DNA from: Zancudomyces culisetae HAW-14-8
Taxonomy: Eukaryota; Fungi; Kickxellomycota
Length of the DNA stretch: 64,000 bases
Assembly: GCA_052426225.1 (NCBI GenBank)
Contig: JBNJNM010000007.1
Span: 496,001 to 560,000 of the forward strand
Direction of reading: 5' to 3'
Every line of letters starts with the position of its first letter. The first letter of the stretch is position 1. This document shows, in pieces, positions 40,584 through 54,400 of this stretch. Both the position numbers and the translations under genes were made by a program. The notes beneath the pieces were generated by a model. That model did not search any database. It worked only from the letters and a program-made list of their open reading frames with translations, and was not told the DNA's origin.

Positions 40584-42747
40584 ATGGGAATCACAGGATT
40601 ATTGGGATTGCTAAAGGAGGCTCAGGAGGAGGTGAATCTTAATTGCTTTGCTGGAAAGACTGTTGGTGTTGACGGATACGTATGGCTACACAAGGGCGCC
40701 TTTACCTGTGCTACAGAACTAGCGCTACAGCGGCCCACTTCTAGGTTTGTAACTTTTCTTTGTAACATATATATATATATATTTTTTTTTATAAAGAACA
40801 ACAAAGCAATCAAATAAAATAAAACACACGGTTCTGATAAGTTTGCACTAATATTATAGATATGTTGACTATGTGGTGAAGAAAATAAGGATGCTGCAAG
40901 CCTATGGCATCAAACCATATATTGTGTTTGATGGTGCAAACCTACTGTCAAAGAAAAAAACCGAGGTGGAAAGAAAAGGGTAATATTCTAATTTCATAAA
41001 TCTTGCCGTTACACCACTAACAAACAAAAAGAGAAAGAAAATAACAAATCGAATACACTGTTTCTAAAAAACAGAAATCGAAAAATCAATTTTGAAAAGG
41101 GAATATCATTGTGGGAAGCGGGGAATAAGAAAGAGGCAACCAGATACTTTCAGCGATCCATAAACATTACCCCGGAAATAGCCTGGAATGTCATCAAGGT
41201 AGATATTTATTTTGTATTTATACCTAGCTTTCCAGGGAAAGAGAGAGAGAGAGAGTGTGTGTGTATGTAAATTTCTCAAATTGTTCCACAAGGTATAGTA
41301 AAATATCACTAATGTCGAGATAAATGACAAATATTACACTAGGAACTGAAGAAAATGGGAATAGAGTATTTAGTAGCACCATACGAAGCAGACGCTCAAC
41401 TAGCATTTCTAGAGAAAAGGGGAATTGTTGACTTTATTATTACCGAGGACAGTGATATGTTGGCGTTTGGGTGCAAAAAAGTTGTGTTCAAACTAGATGA
41501 TACAGGAAACGGGATTCTTTTTGACAGAGAAAATCTTAAGCTAGTAAAAACGATTTCGCTTGCTACCTTTACAAACGAATCATTCAGGCACATGTGTATA
41601 CTTTCGGGTTGTGACTACCTGGATTCAGTTCACAATGTCGCACTCAAAAAAGCGCACAAGTACTTGCTGCAAAACAAACAAATTTCAAAAGTAGTACACT
41701 TGATGCGCTGTGATGGGTTAAATGTACCTCCAGACTACTTGCGGATGTTTGATATTGCAGATAAGACCTTTTTACATCAAAAGGTGTTTGATCCTATTGA
41801 AAAGAGACTGCGTCATCTTGAAGATTTGTCCGAAAACGTTGATTCCGAAATTTTGAAGTATTTTGGCGATCTGGATGATGATGAGATAGCTCATCATATT
41901 GCCATAGGTGAAATAGATCCATCAACACATCGTCCTTTTGCTGATTCTTCGTGTTTAGAAAATTCCACTCCCAAAGATAACCTTCTCTCGCGATGGGTAA
42001 AGCTCCATTCTTTTATATTTTTTACGGCACATATTTTATTGCCGAAATGTCTCAACCTCCTAAATTATCTAAATATAGATACGACCAAAACCCGCTCTGA
42101 AAGGACATTCAAGCGAACCAATACGTAAGAATCCTATTTTTTTTCATATTTATCTTACCAGTAATAGACACTTATATTCAACACATATCCTTCCTATAGT
42201 ACACAAGTCACACGGAGATCATTCTAAAACTACGGATAAGCCACCGACTCCTTCATACATAACACCTACAAACAGAACCACCACCATTTGTACATCTTCT
42301 TTCCGTTCCTTCTCTCGTTCCCCATCCGTCACATCGTCTGCGTCGTCTACAACATCATCAGTAACTACCACGCCCACATCCAATACCATTTCCTCCTTTT
42401 TCTCTTCATCCACATCTACATCCACATCCAAATCTATGTCACTTTTTCCCGCTAACATTCCACTCGGCCCAAAACGATTGTTCAGCAGCACTTCTTTGAC
42501 AGAGTCCAGGGCAGGCTTACTCACCTCGGATTTTCAAGTCAAACGGAGAAAGTCTTCTATTGAACCAGATACAAACCGCACTGAAAAACTGTCCCGCTTT
42601 TTCTCCAGCTCAATACTACATACACCATCAATTAAACTTTCTTCCACTTCAAAGCCAATTAATGGCTCGCGTTCAAGTTCTATCAATCTGTCTCCAACCG
42701 AATCCATTAAAATCTCTTCAATACTAAAACCTACAAAAAAACCATAG
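40584..42747 (+). CDS. EXO1: Exonuclease 1 (XPG/Rad2 family), 550 aa, 6 exons (40584-40744, 40860-40979, 41075-41198, 41343-41996, 42079-42124, 42200-42747)
   Basis: MGITGLL..GVDGYVWLHKGAFTCA, VFDGANL, VAPYEADAQLAFL, ITEDSDML, CILSGCDYL, TFLHQKVFDP; SRFF motif in the tail. The last two exons are less certain. Confidence 0.9.
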
Positions 42748-43209
42748 TACAACATCCAGCTTTACCCTGCCCTTAAAATTTGTCACTTGTTTTCGCTTTT
42801 TTTTCTCTTTTTTTTTTTAGCTCCATCACCACCTTTAGTACCGGTACCATATTACTGGTGTTCAAGTACTTCATATTTTAAGACGCAAAACTTGTACATA
42901 AATAAACAATACACATTCTTCTTTGTACTTTACTTTTCATAACTTGTGTACTAATAACACTCCAACAAAAATAGTAGTGAACTATCCAAAATCGACACTT
43001 TATACGTTGTCATCCAATTGATCTTTTCTTATCAAAAAAAATTACATTTTGATTTGGTGATCGTGTGAACTTTTATAAACTACATGACTCAAGGAAACTA
43101 TATCTGAATTCAACTTGGACTTGTCATTTATATTTTTGAAAATAATAATACTTCATCCATCCATATAAATCGAGTCAGTTAAGGGGCAGTGAATCAGATA
43201 TAGAAAGAA

Positions 43210-45212
43210 ATGCTAAATCCAAGAATCTGCAAAAACATTTCAAAATTGGCGTTGGCTAGTCGAATCAAACCTAACACATCCCATCTTTTTCACGAAAATG
43301 AAATTACTCTGTATATACCAAACACCAATCCAACTCTATTTCCAAAACCAGCTCTGCATGATTCGAAACGAAAATATAGCACTGAAATTTACAAAAATCT
43401 CCTTGATAAACAAAAAAACAGGTATATGTTCTGCTACTTGGTCTGCTTTAATATTTATTTGTTTTGCAATTGTATATACAACTTGTGCTATAAGTGGTAA
43501 AATAATACATAATTAAAAGATGCTCACTTGAATGAATTTAAACTCATACCAATAGCGAGTTAAAACCGGTGGATTTGTGGAAACTGGACGTTGAAGGTGG
43601 GATTTCTTGAATTTCTATTGATAAATAGTACTTTTTACTTATTAGGAAATATGTTTCGTTGGATTCAACGTATAATTCAACTATACACCTACCCATCTAA
43701 AAATTCTAGATTTATTGCCCAGCGACCAAATAATTGACAATTTTCTTACTAGTATTGAGAACAAATTGACAAAAGACCAGATTCTTCAAATAACTACTGG
43801 ATATTTAAAGCTCCATAACAGTACCGAGTCTGATGGAGAAGAATTAATCAAATCATACAGGAACGATTGGGAATCAAGCTTACAAACAGGTAAATATATG
43901 TTTATTTACAATCAAGAGTATTTGAGTATACATTATCCAGTCTCAGATGCATTAACTAATCAAATAAAAAACCCTCTTGGCGTTAGTATGCAAAAGTGAC
44001 TACCAGCTTATTACAAGGTTAGCAAATATCCTATTTCAGACAGTACAAGAAAAATCACTCTCGATGGAGCTATACCAGTATGCAAGGAAAATGGGTGACA
44101 ATGATGCAGCTTTTAGTTTGGCATCGATAAAGTATTTAGGTAATTAAAGAAATTTTTAACAAATATACTTACTATTTTTCAATCGAACAGTGACTCGCCA
44201 GAGCTACACAATCACTTAACTAGTATTGAAACTTATAACATTTATGTAACTGTTATATTTTTTACTCCTCTATTTAGGTTCGGGCGGTGTTGAAAAAGAT
44301 CCTGAATACTCAAAAAAAGAGCTTTACGCACTATCTAAAAAAGGACATCCATATGCGCAGCTCAATTACGCTACAATTTTGATTAAAGAGGATCCAGTTA
44401 AATACAAAGCTCAGATTGAGGAACTTTTGACGCTGGCTTGTAAATATGGTCTTGCAAGAGCTCACCTCAAACTAGGAGAGCTGTACAAAAACGGAAAAGT
44501 GCTGGATAAAAATTTTGAATTGGCTAAAAAGCATTTGGAATTAGCCGTCTCAAAGGATATGCATGAGGCAATTTTCTTGCTTGGTGATATGTATTCAAAG
44601 GGGGAGGGCCTGGTTAACAACCAACCCGACTACGCACAAGCCTTTGAACATTTCAAAGATGCTGCTTCCAAAGGAGTAGTCGAAGCCCAATACAACCTGG
44701 GTGTTTATTACCTGAATGGATTTGGCGTTGAAAAAAATGTCGACTTGGCTGTTGAGTATTGGGAAATGGCCTCGATGCAGGGTTTCCCATTAGCTGCATT
44801 GAATCTTGCAAAGCTGTACATGGAAGGTCTGCAGGCCGATTCAGAATCGAAGGCTAACCCGGATGGAACAACCACCATCAATCCATCGAAGCGCATTGGT
44901 TTTAAAGCTCCGCTATTCGAGAAGGACTACGTTAAAGCCAAAAACTACATTTATGCGGCCAAAAGCCTAGGGAAAGGAACATTTATAGAGCAAGATGCAA
45001 ACAATCTCTTGCAAAAGCTTGCAGTACGTTCTGGTGATTCAAAGATCCCCACTGAGCGAATTGCTCGCGCAGGAACTGCCACTGATATTAACGCCAATGC
45101 CAATGTTAACACCAAAGGCAATACCAACTCATCTATATCTGCTACTAGAGCATCGAAAGGATATAAAGTTGTTGAAAAAAAGAGCAGTGGTGGAAAATGC
45201 AGCGTTATGTGA
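43210..45212 (+). CDS. Sel1-like-repeat (SLR) protein, 506 aa, 5 exons (43210-43421, 43556-43596, 43710-43889, 43987-44139, 44278-45212), ending in CaaX (CSVM)
   Basis: SLR repeats AHLKLGELYKNGKVLDKNFELAKKHLELA, AIFLLGDMYSKGEG..AFEHFKDAASKG and EAQYNLGVYYLNGFGVEKNVDLAVEYWEMASMQG. Exons sum to 1521 nt, in frame. Confidence 0.8.
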
Positions 45213-45418
45213 AGGAGCTGATATACCTATTCTAACTATCATGTTTTAATACTGTGTTTCAAAATAACAAGAAATAGTCCCTGTGTATTTACAAAATAAA
45301 AACTAAATCCAGTTAAGACTATTTTGAAAGAGAATATAAAAATGTTCTATTTATACCCATATTTAAGTCTAATAGGGTCAACTTAAAACAACCTGTACAA
45401 AATCTAGCGTCTATGGCT

Positions 45419-45952
45419 CTAGTTACTATCTATGACACGAACTAGCTGGTTTGATTTGTGTCTGACGTACTTAACATCTAATTTGGTTACAGTGATCAAG
45501 ATTGGTCTCGAAGTTCGTGTTTTTAGCTTAGACTTTACCACTGCGGAATCAGACCTTCTATAGTCGTTTTTCAGAATCTTATCAGATAGTGCTCCACTAG
45601 TCTTAACAGTTATATTGTTTGTAAAAGGGGTTTCTGCATACTTTTTCTTTTCTCTCCTCTGTATCCGCGGAAGCTTTTCTTGGTAGTTTTTATCATTCCA
45701 CTCGTTTATTGAATAACGCCTCGTTAAAGTTACTCCTGACATAGGTTTATCAGCAAGCATATCTTTATTTTCCGTACACATTGGCTGTGCTAACAAGCCC
45801 ATTAAATATAAATGAAGAAGAAAATATTGTTTAGTAAAAATAAAAACAGGAAGCAGGCAGTGTATAAATAGAATAGCATCATACCTATAGCTAAGACACG
45901 GATTATGAGTAAACGCTCAATCGAGTTGTAAATATTGGTGTGAACTTTTATT
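45419..45952 (-). CDS. Hypothetical basic ORF segment, possibly 3' exons of the 46375 gene or a pseudogene
   Basis: 127-aa open frame preceded by an in-phase GTATGA..TTGTTAG intron and a 68-nt exon. I found no convincing upstream donor of the required phase. Confidence 0.3.
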
Positions 45953-46375
45953 CTAGATTATGAGCTGCAATGTGGGAAATATTAAATAGTAGTACGAAGT
46001 ATGGTTTTTCTGAAAGATATCGCCAGGTGTTGATATTAACTTTATTTTGGCACATCGATATTATCAAAATGGTTGGGTATTGATAAAATTGAAAAGACTG
46101 TGCGAGTTCTGGTTTCAACGAGTTAACACCATGCCAATTCCACGATGTGTCAAAACTGATGGTATTTTTGGTAACTTCTCTATTCATAGTAAATATCCTT
46201 TTTTTAAAAGATCCCACAAGTGTGCCTTCTTGATGGCCAATTTTATCATATGGCATTGTATTTGTGATGATATCTGTGTATTAGTACACATGAACCAAAT
46301 AAAAAGGCTGACGTTAATATTAAAATGCTAACCAGAGACCGAAAATACAAAGAGTATAGTCCATAAAAAAAACAT
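45948..46375 (-). CDS. Hypothetical small protein with hydrophobic N-terminus, ~122 aa, 2 exons (46375-46333, 46273-45948); may continue into the ORF ending at 45419
   Basis: MFFLWTILFVFSVS is joined in phase, by a 59-nt intron (GTTAGC..ACTAAT..ACAG), to the 102-aa ORF. No homology recognised. Confidence 0.35.
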
Positions 46376-47128
46376 TATTCAGGGAAAAGTGCACAATATT
46401 TTAGTCAAATACATTACAAGATCCTGGTGAGTAAAATATTAATAACCCCACAAAGAGTGCGCTTATACCCAACTATTGGTATTGTGGTTGATGTTGTGGT
46501 TGGTTTGGGTATGTCTATGTCTATGTCTATGTAGGTATATTGTGAAAGATGGAAGATGAAAGATGGAAGGTGGAGGATGGAAGATGGAGGATGGAGGATG
46601 GAAGATGGAGGATGGAGGATGGAAGATGAAAGATGAAAGATGAAAGATGAAAGATGAAAGATGGAGGATGGAAGAATATTATTTGCAGCCTGAAGTTGGG
46701 TTGAATCATAAACATTGAATCTTTGAATGAACAAATCACATATTCGATTTGTGCAATGAACTGTGATTATGTTAAGTATGCATTGATAATTGGCCAACTA
46801 ATGAGCTGGCGAATTGGCGAATTGACGAATTGACGAATTGACGAATTGACGAATTGCAAATTGCGAATCCTGGTACTTCAAAAACTCAAGAAAGCGCAAA
46901 AACCGAAAGCGAAAACACCGATAATAAACCAATGCCCAGTTCGTTTGTTGCTTTTCGTTTTTACTTTCCAGCTTGAACTTTTAATCACAGTTGCGTGTTA
47001 CATTTTCGATACTTGACCTGGATAACGTCTATATACACACATATACACATACAGATAGACACAACTACAACTAAAACTACAACTACTATTAAAAACAAGT
47101 GTTTAAATCTGTCTACAAAACAGGAAAA

Positions 47129-49916
<2,788 letters not shown>

Positions 49917-50712
49917 AGAATATACATAGGCCCTTTCATTATAATTGTCGTTTTTTTATCTCGTTTTTAAATTTTTTTTCTGATTTGGTATATTGTTATT
50001 CATCCGTGGCATTTATTCTTTTTTCTTTGCGCAATACTGCGTTGAAAATAAATGTCTCTAATTAGGGTGTATTTATTGTCGATTCTGCTAGTCTTGTAGT
50101 GATATTTTCAGATTCCTGTATTCACGGAGTTTTATTGTTTATTGAATCCCAAGATAATTAGGCGAACTAGTAACTAAAAGTCACTATTTTCAGTATTGAT
50201 GAGCATATTAGGCTGGCCATTCAATTCCCATGTTCATCATGTCCCCGTCAAGTTTTTATACCATTAGTTGTTTAGGTTTAAAGATCTTGGATTATGTCAA
50301 CCTGTTATGTGGTTTTAATAACTATTAGAACCATCTAGCTAACTATGGATAATAAAATTAATTTTTTTAATTGCCGATGCAACTAGTTAGTGTAAACCAG
50401 TTACTGAGACTTTCCTTATTTATTTTTTATCCATTTCACATTGGAGGTAATGGGATCATATATGGAAATGTGAGAATGTCAAACACTATTTAATAATTGA
50501 AGAAACTTGTTGTACTCGTTTTTATATTAACTTTCTTGAACTCTGGTTTTATTTTTCCCTGTTTCTTTTTCCTTTTCTTAGTATTATTATGTTTTACAAT
50601 TTCTTTAAAAGGGTCTATTAATCCAAACACGTCAAGGACATATAGTTCTGTTTTGGTGTTGCTAATAAACAAGAAAACAAAAAACTGGCTGTAACACCCA
50701 ACTTTAAGAAAA

Positions 50713-51156
50713 ATGGTTGCACTGAGAAAACTGATTACAATAATATGGTTCATGTGGGTTACATTAGGCAGTGAACAGAACAAGATTGAAAAACTTTTAA
50801 AAAATAATTTTAATGAAAAACTCGTACAAGCAACAGATGAGGCTGTAGTAAAATTCATGATACCGTGGTGTGGATATTGTAAGAGTACTATGATACCATG
50901 GTGTGGATACTGCAAGAGTATGAAGGCACCATTTGAACATGCAACTAGTGCAGTTAGTTCAATGGGGAGGAATGTCATGTTTGGGGAAGTAGATTGTGCT
51001 GCTGAAAGAGAACTTTGTGATACAAATGGGATAACAGCATTTCCAACCATGGTTATTTATCGTGTGGGTGGTGGAAATGATAAAACAAAACTAGTGGGAT
51101 ATCGCAATGGCGATACATTTCTGACAGAGGTTAAACGCGAACTTGGATTCGAATAG
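50713..51156 (+). CDS. Single-domain PDI-type thioredoxin-fold protein with signal peptide and tandemly duplicated WCGYC site, 147 aa
   Basis: Signal-like MVALRKLITIIWFMWVTLG; VVKFMIPWCGYCKSTMIPWCGYCKSMKAPFE; FGEVDCAAERELC; cis-Pro loop GITAFPTMVIY. No HDEL/KDEL. Confidence 0.85.
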   Translation: MVALRKLITIIWFMWVTLGSEQNKIEKLLKNNFNEKLVQATDEAVVKFMIPWCGYCKSTMIPWCGYCKSMKAPFEHATSAVSSMGRNVMFGEVDCAAERELCDTNGITAFPTMVIYRVGGGNDKTKLVGYRNGDTFLTEVKRELGFE

Positions 51157-51499
51157 GATGAGTGCAAAGTAGCGAGAGTAATGCAGCGCTAGTATATTTT
51201 ACTGACGCCTTTATATCTATATATATATATTGGCGTTTATTAGCTTTTTATTCTTATTTTGAAAAATCTAGGTCGATATTATGTAGTGTTTACTATCTAG
51301 TATCATGTATGCGTCCTGAATAAAATTACAATCGATAAAATATTCGTCATATTGTTCTAGATCAACAAGAAACTTTAGCTAGATTTAGCTAGAAGACGGA
51401 TTTAAGCTTTTTTTTTAATAGAAAATATCTAAATGGAAAGAGGTATAGGTATATGATATAACTAATAAGGGAGCAAGTGGATATTGTCAGGGGTTCAAG

Positions 51500-54400
51500 C
51501 TATGAAAGGAGTTTATAGAGCAGCTTAGATTTTACATTGCCATCATCTCTATTATAGGTACCCTTGGCATTGGAACAGCGGTCATCATGTTCAGGAAAAT
51601 CCATAGCAAGCAAGTCAAGAAATGAGCAGTTGAGAAATGTAGGGTTTTTAGATTTGGGGTCCTGAGCAAGGTTTGGCAATAGGAACGATGGGGTAGGGAT
51701 ATGGGTATGAATATGGGTATGCTGAGCTTGTCCAAGTTGCGTTTGGTTGTAGGGGGAGGAGTCGATGTTAGATGAAAAAATGTGTAAAAGCGACCAAAAA
51801 TAATTGGTAAATGAGAGAATGGAAAAATTACTAGTGCATCTATTTCCATTATTACTACCACCAATATCACTTGTTGTTGTTGCCGCTGCTGTTGGGTTTG
51901 GATTTGGAAGATATATAGGAAACAAAGATATCAAGAATAGAGATACAGAAAGACGGGAGGGTTTTTGCGGGCAAGGTTGCGATAAACTTGATGGTAAATC
52001 GTTGGTTGAATTGAAGATGGGGGTGTGTGAAGTCATTGAAAGCAAATGTTTTGCAAAGTTAAGGTGTTTGGAAATGTGAAAAGTATTGACTTGAATAAAC
52101 CGCGTATCAATGTTATTTGGATCTGTTGTCGACGGCTGGGTAAGTTGATCATCATCATCATCATCCTCATCCTCGTCATCGTTATCACCATCAATGTGAT
52201 CAATGTTGTAGTCGTTGGCTTCAGTATTTGAGTGTTGGTTTTGGTGTCTATTTTTGCTTGTTTTTGGATATAATACAGAAGGGTAAAATGCGTCAACATG
52301 GTTAATAATATCAAGTAGATAAAATCCACTATCAATATTGTTGTTGTTGCTAGTAGTAATATTGGTGGAATCGTCGGATTGGAGTACACCAATATTTACC
52401 AAGCCCACACAGACGCAGAGAAGAGATAAATGAGTTAACAGCTCATGTTTTACAGAGTTAAGTATACTATCTATAGTGATATTATCTGATTCGGGGGTTC
52501 TTGAGGGTTTGAATAAGTTTATAAAATAAACGATACATTCGAGTAACAAATTGGTACAAGCGGGATTGCGGGAACCCAGATTATACAGAGAAATGGAAAG
52601 TAAACAGGAGGAGAGACAAGTGGTGTATGTGGATAAGAGATTGTCAGCATCACTGAACCCCAAGAGATCAATAACAGAGAGAGAAAACACATCGTTTGCA
52701 GAATTAATGTTGAGAATGTTGGTGAGAGGGATGGGGATTAGAGTTAAAAGGGCTGATTTATTGGAAATACCAGCTAACGAGTCAAAATTAATCAAGTTTG
52801 AAGCCAGAATTCTGAGAAATAGCGATTCAGTAGTAAGCGCCAGAATGGTTTGAATGGAGGTAAACGGAGAGGAAATCTGGGAGGAAATTGAGGCATCATT
52901 AGAATCCAAATAAACCAAAGAAAGCGCTACAAGTGCTGCAGGTTCTCTAACTAGCGAGCTGAGTGCCATTTTTGCAGGAGTAGTGGTAGTGGTAGTGGAA
53001 GAAGAAGATGATGAGGTAAGCCTGTAAGTAAAATCAAATAAGGATTGGTTATTTAGTAACGAGAGTAAAGTGGTTGATAGCGAAGGAACGAGGTTGTGTA
53101 GAGTTGAAGATGTAAAAACCGAGGCTTGTGATTGTGACGGTTGTTTTTTCTGCTGTTGGGTATCGAGTAAATTAAAAATTAGACCTAAAGCAAATCCACA
53201 AGAGAGATTATACTGGGACTGGGCGACAATTTGATCCATAGTATTTTCGCTATAGTCATATTTGCTGCTCAGCACACCAAATGAGTCAAGTTCACGGACC
53301 AAATACTCTACAAACCTGTGGCTTTTGTGTAAAGGAAACGTAATCGCCAAGCCCAGGACTGCGCTGCTCTGGACCACTAGACTTGGACTCATCAAAGATG
53401 TAGTTTCTGCATCATTCGTGCTGTTTAAAATGCTGTCAGTATCATTAATGGTGTCTAAAAAGTTGTATATATTGGAAGGTTCGTTCGTATCATTAAACGA
53501 GGAACTCGGAATGCCATTGACCAGAGTATTTGAAAGTCTGGGCAAATGTAGTTTTAGCAAGTTGATTATGTTTTGGGTATTTGAAACCCCATGCTGGATA
53601 GATTTCGACAATAAAATGGCAGATTTGACGATATCATTGTTGCTATCATTTAGGTCCTCAATCAATTGCCACAATTCTATAGTTTCTACTGGATTGTGAG
53701 CGTTCAAGGATAAAGCCACGCTGTATAATAAAGCAGCATATGTTATTATTGCATTTTTGTTTGCTTCAACAGCATCCTTGTACAGTTGATCGGATATGGG
53801 AACCGATTTTATGAGCTGGTTCGTATCTGGCCGATTTACAAGTATCCATGATGCATCAAGGTTGGTATTTCTACCACTTATAGAGTGGTTGCCTTTTGAT
53901 GGTGAAAAGATGCTCATAGTATACGACATTGCATTCATGAATACTGCTTCATTGATTATTGGTTGGGTTATCTCGGATCGTTTAGCGATTGCAGTAATAG
54001 CTTGGACTTTGGTCTTTATCTGCACAGATAGATCCAAACTTGGTATTTCCAAGGGTTTATGAGGGTTTAGTACGTTTTTTAACGTGTTATGGTAGTTTGT
54101 GTATATCCAAATTGGTAGTGATAGATTTCGAATGGCTGTATTCACTACTCGGCGTTTTGAAGTTGCGGTGTACTGGAATGAGCCAATATCCAACTCGGCA
54201 TGTTTTTCTGTGATATTAGCATCGTTATTATCATTACTATTACCATTAATGTTAATATTGTTATTGTTATTGTTATTGTTATTGTTATTGTTATTGTTAT
54301 CAGTTAATCTAAGGTTACAGAATAATATTTTTTTATTCTTGCTTATAAAGGAGTTATATTCTTGAATAGTTCCAAAAATAGCCAGTTTCAAACCATCATT

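Noticed and set aside
50879-50916. GTAAGA...CAAG inside the thioredoxin duplication as an intron removing one motif
   Set aside because: It is 38 nt long, so removal would shift the frame and destroy the CxxC; it is also shorter than any intron modelled here.
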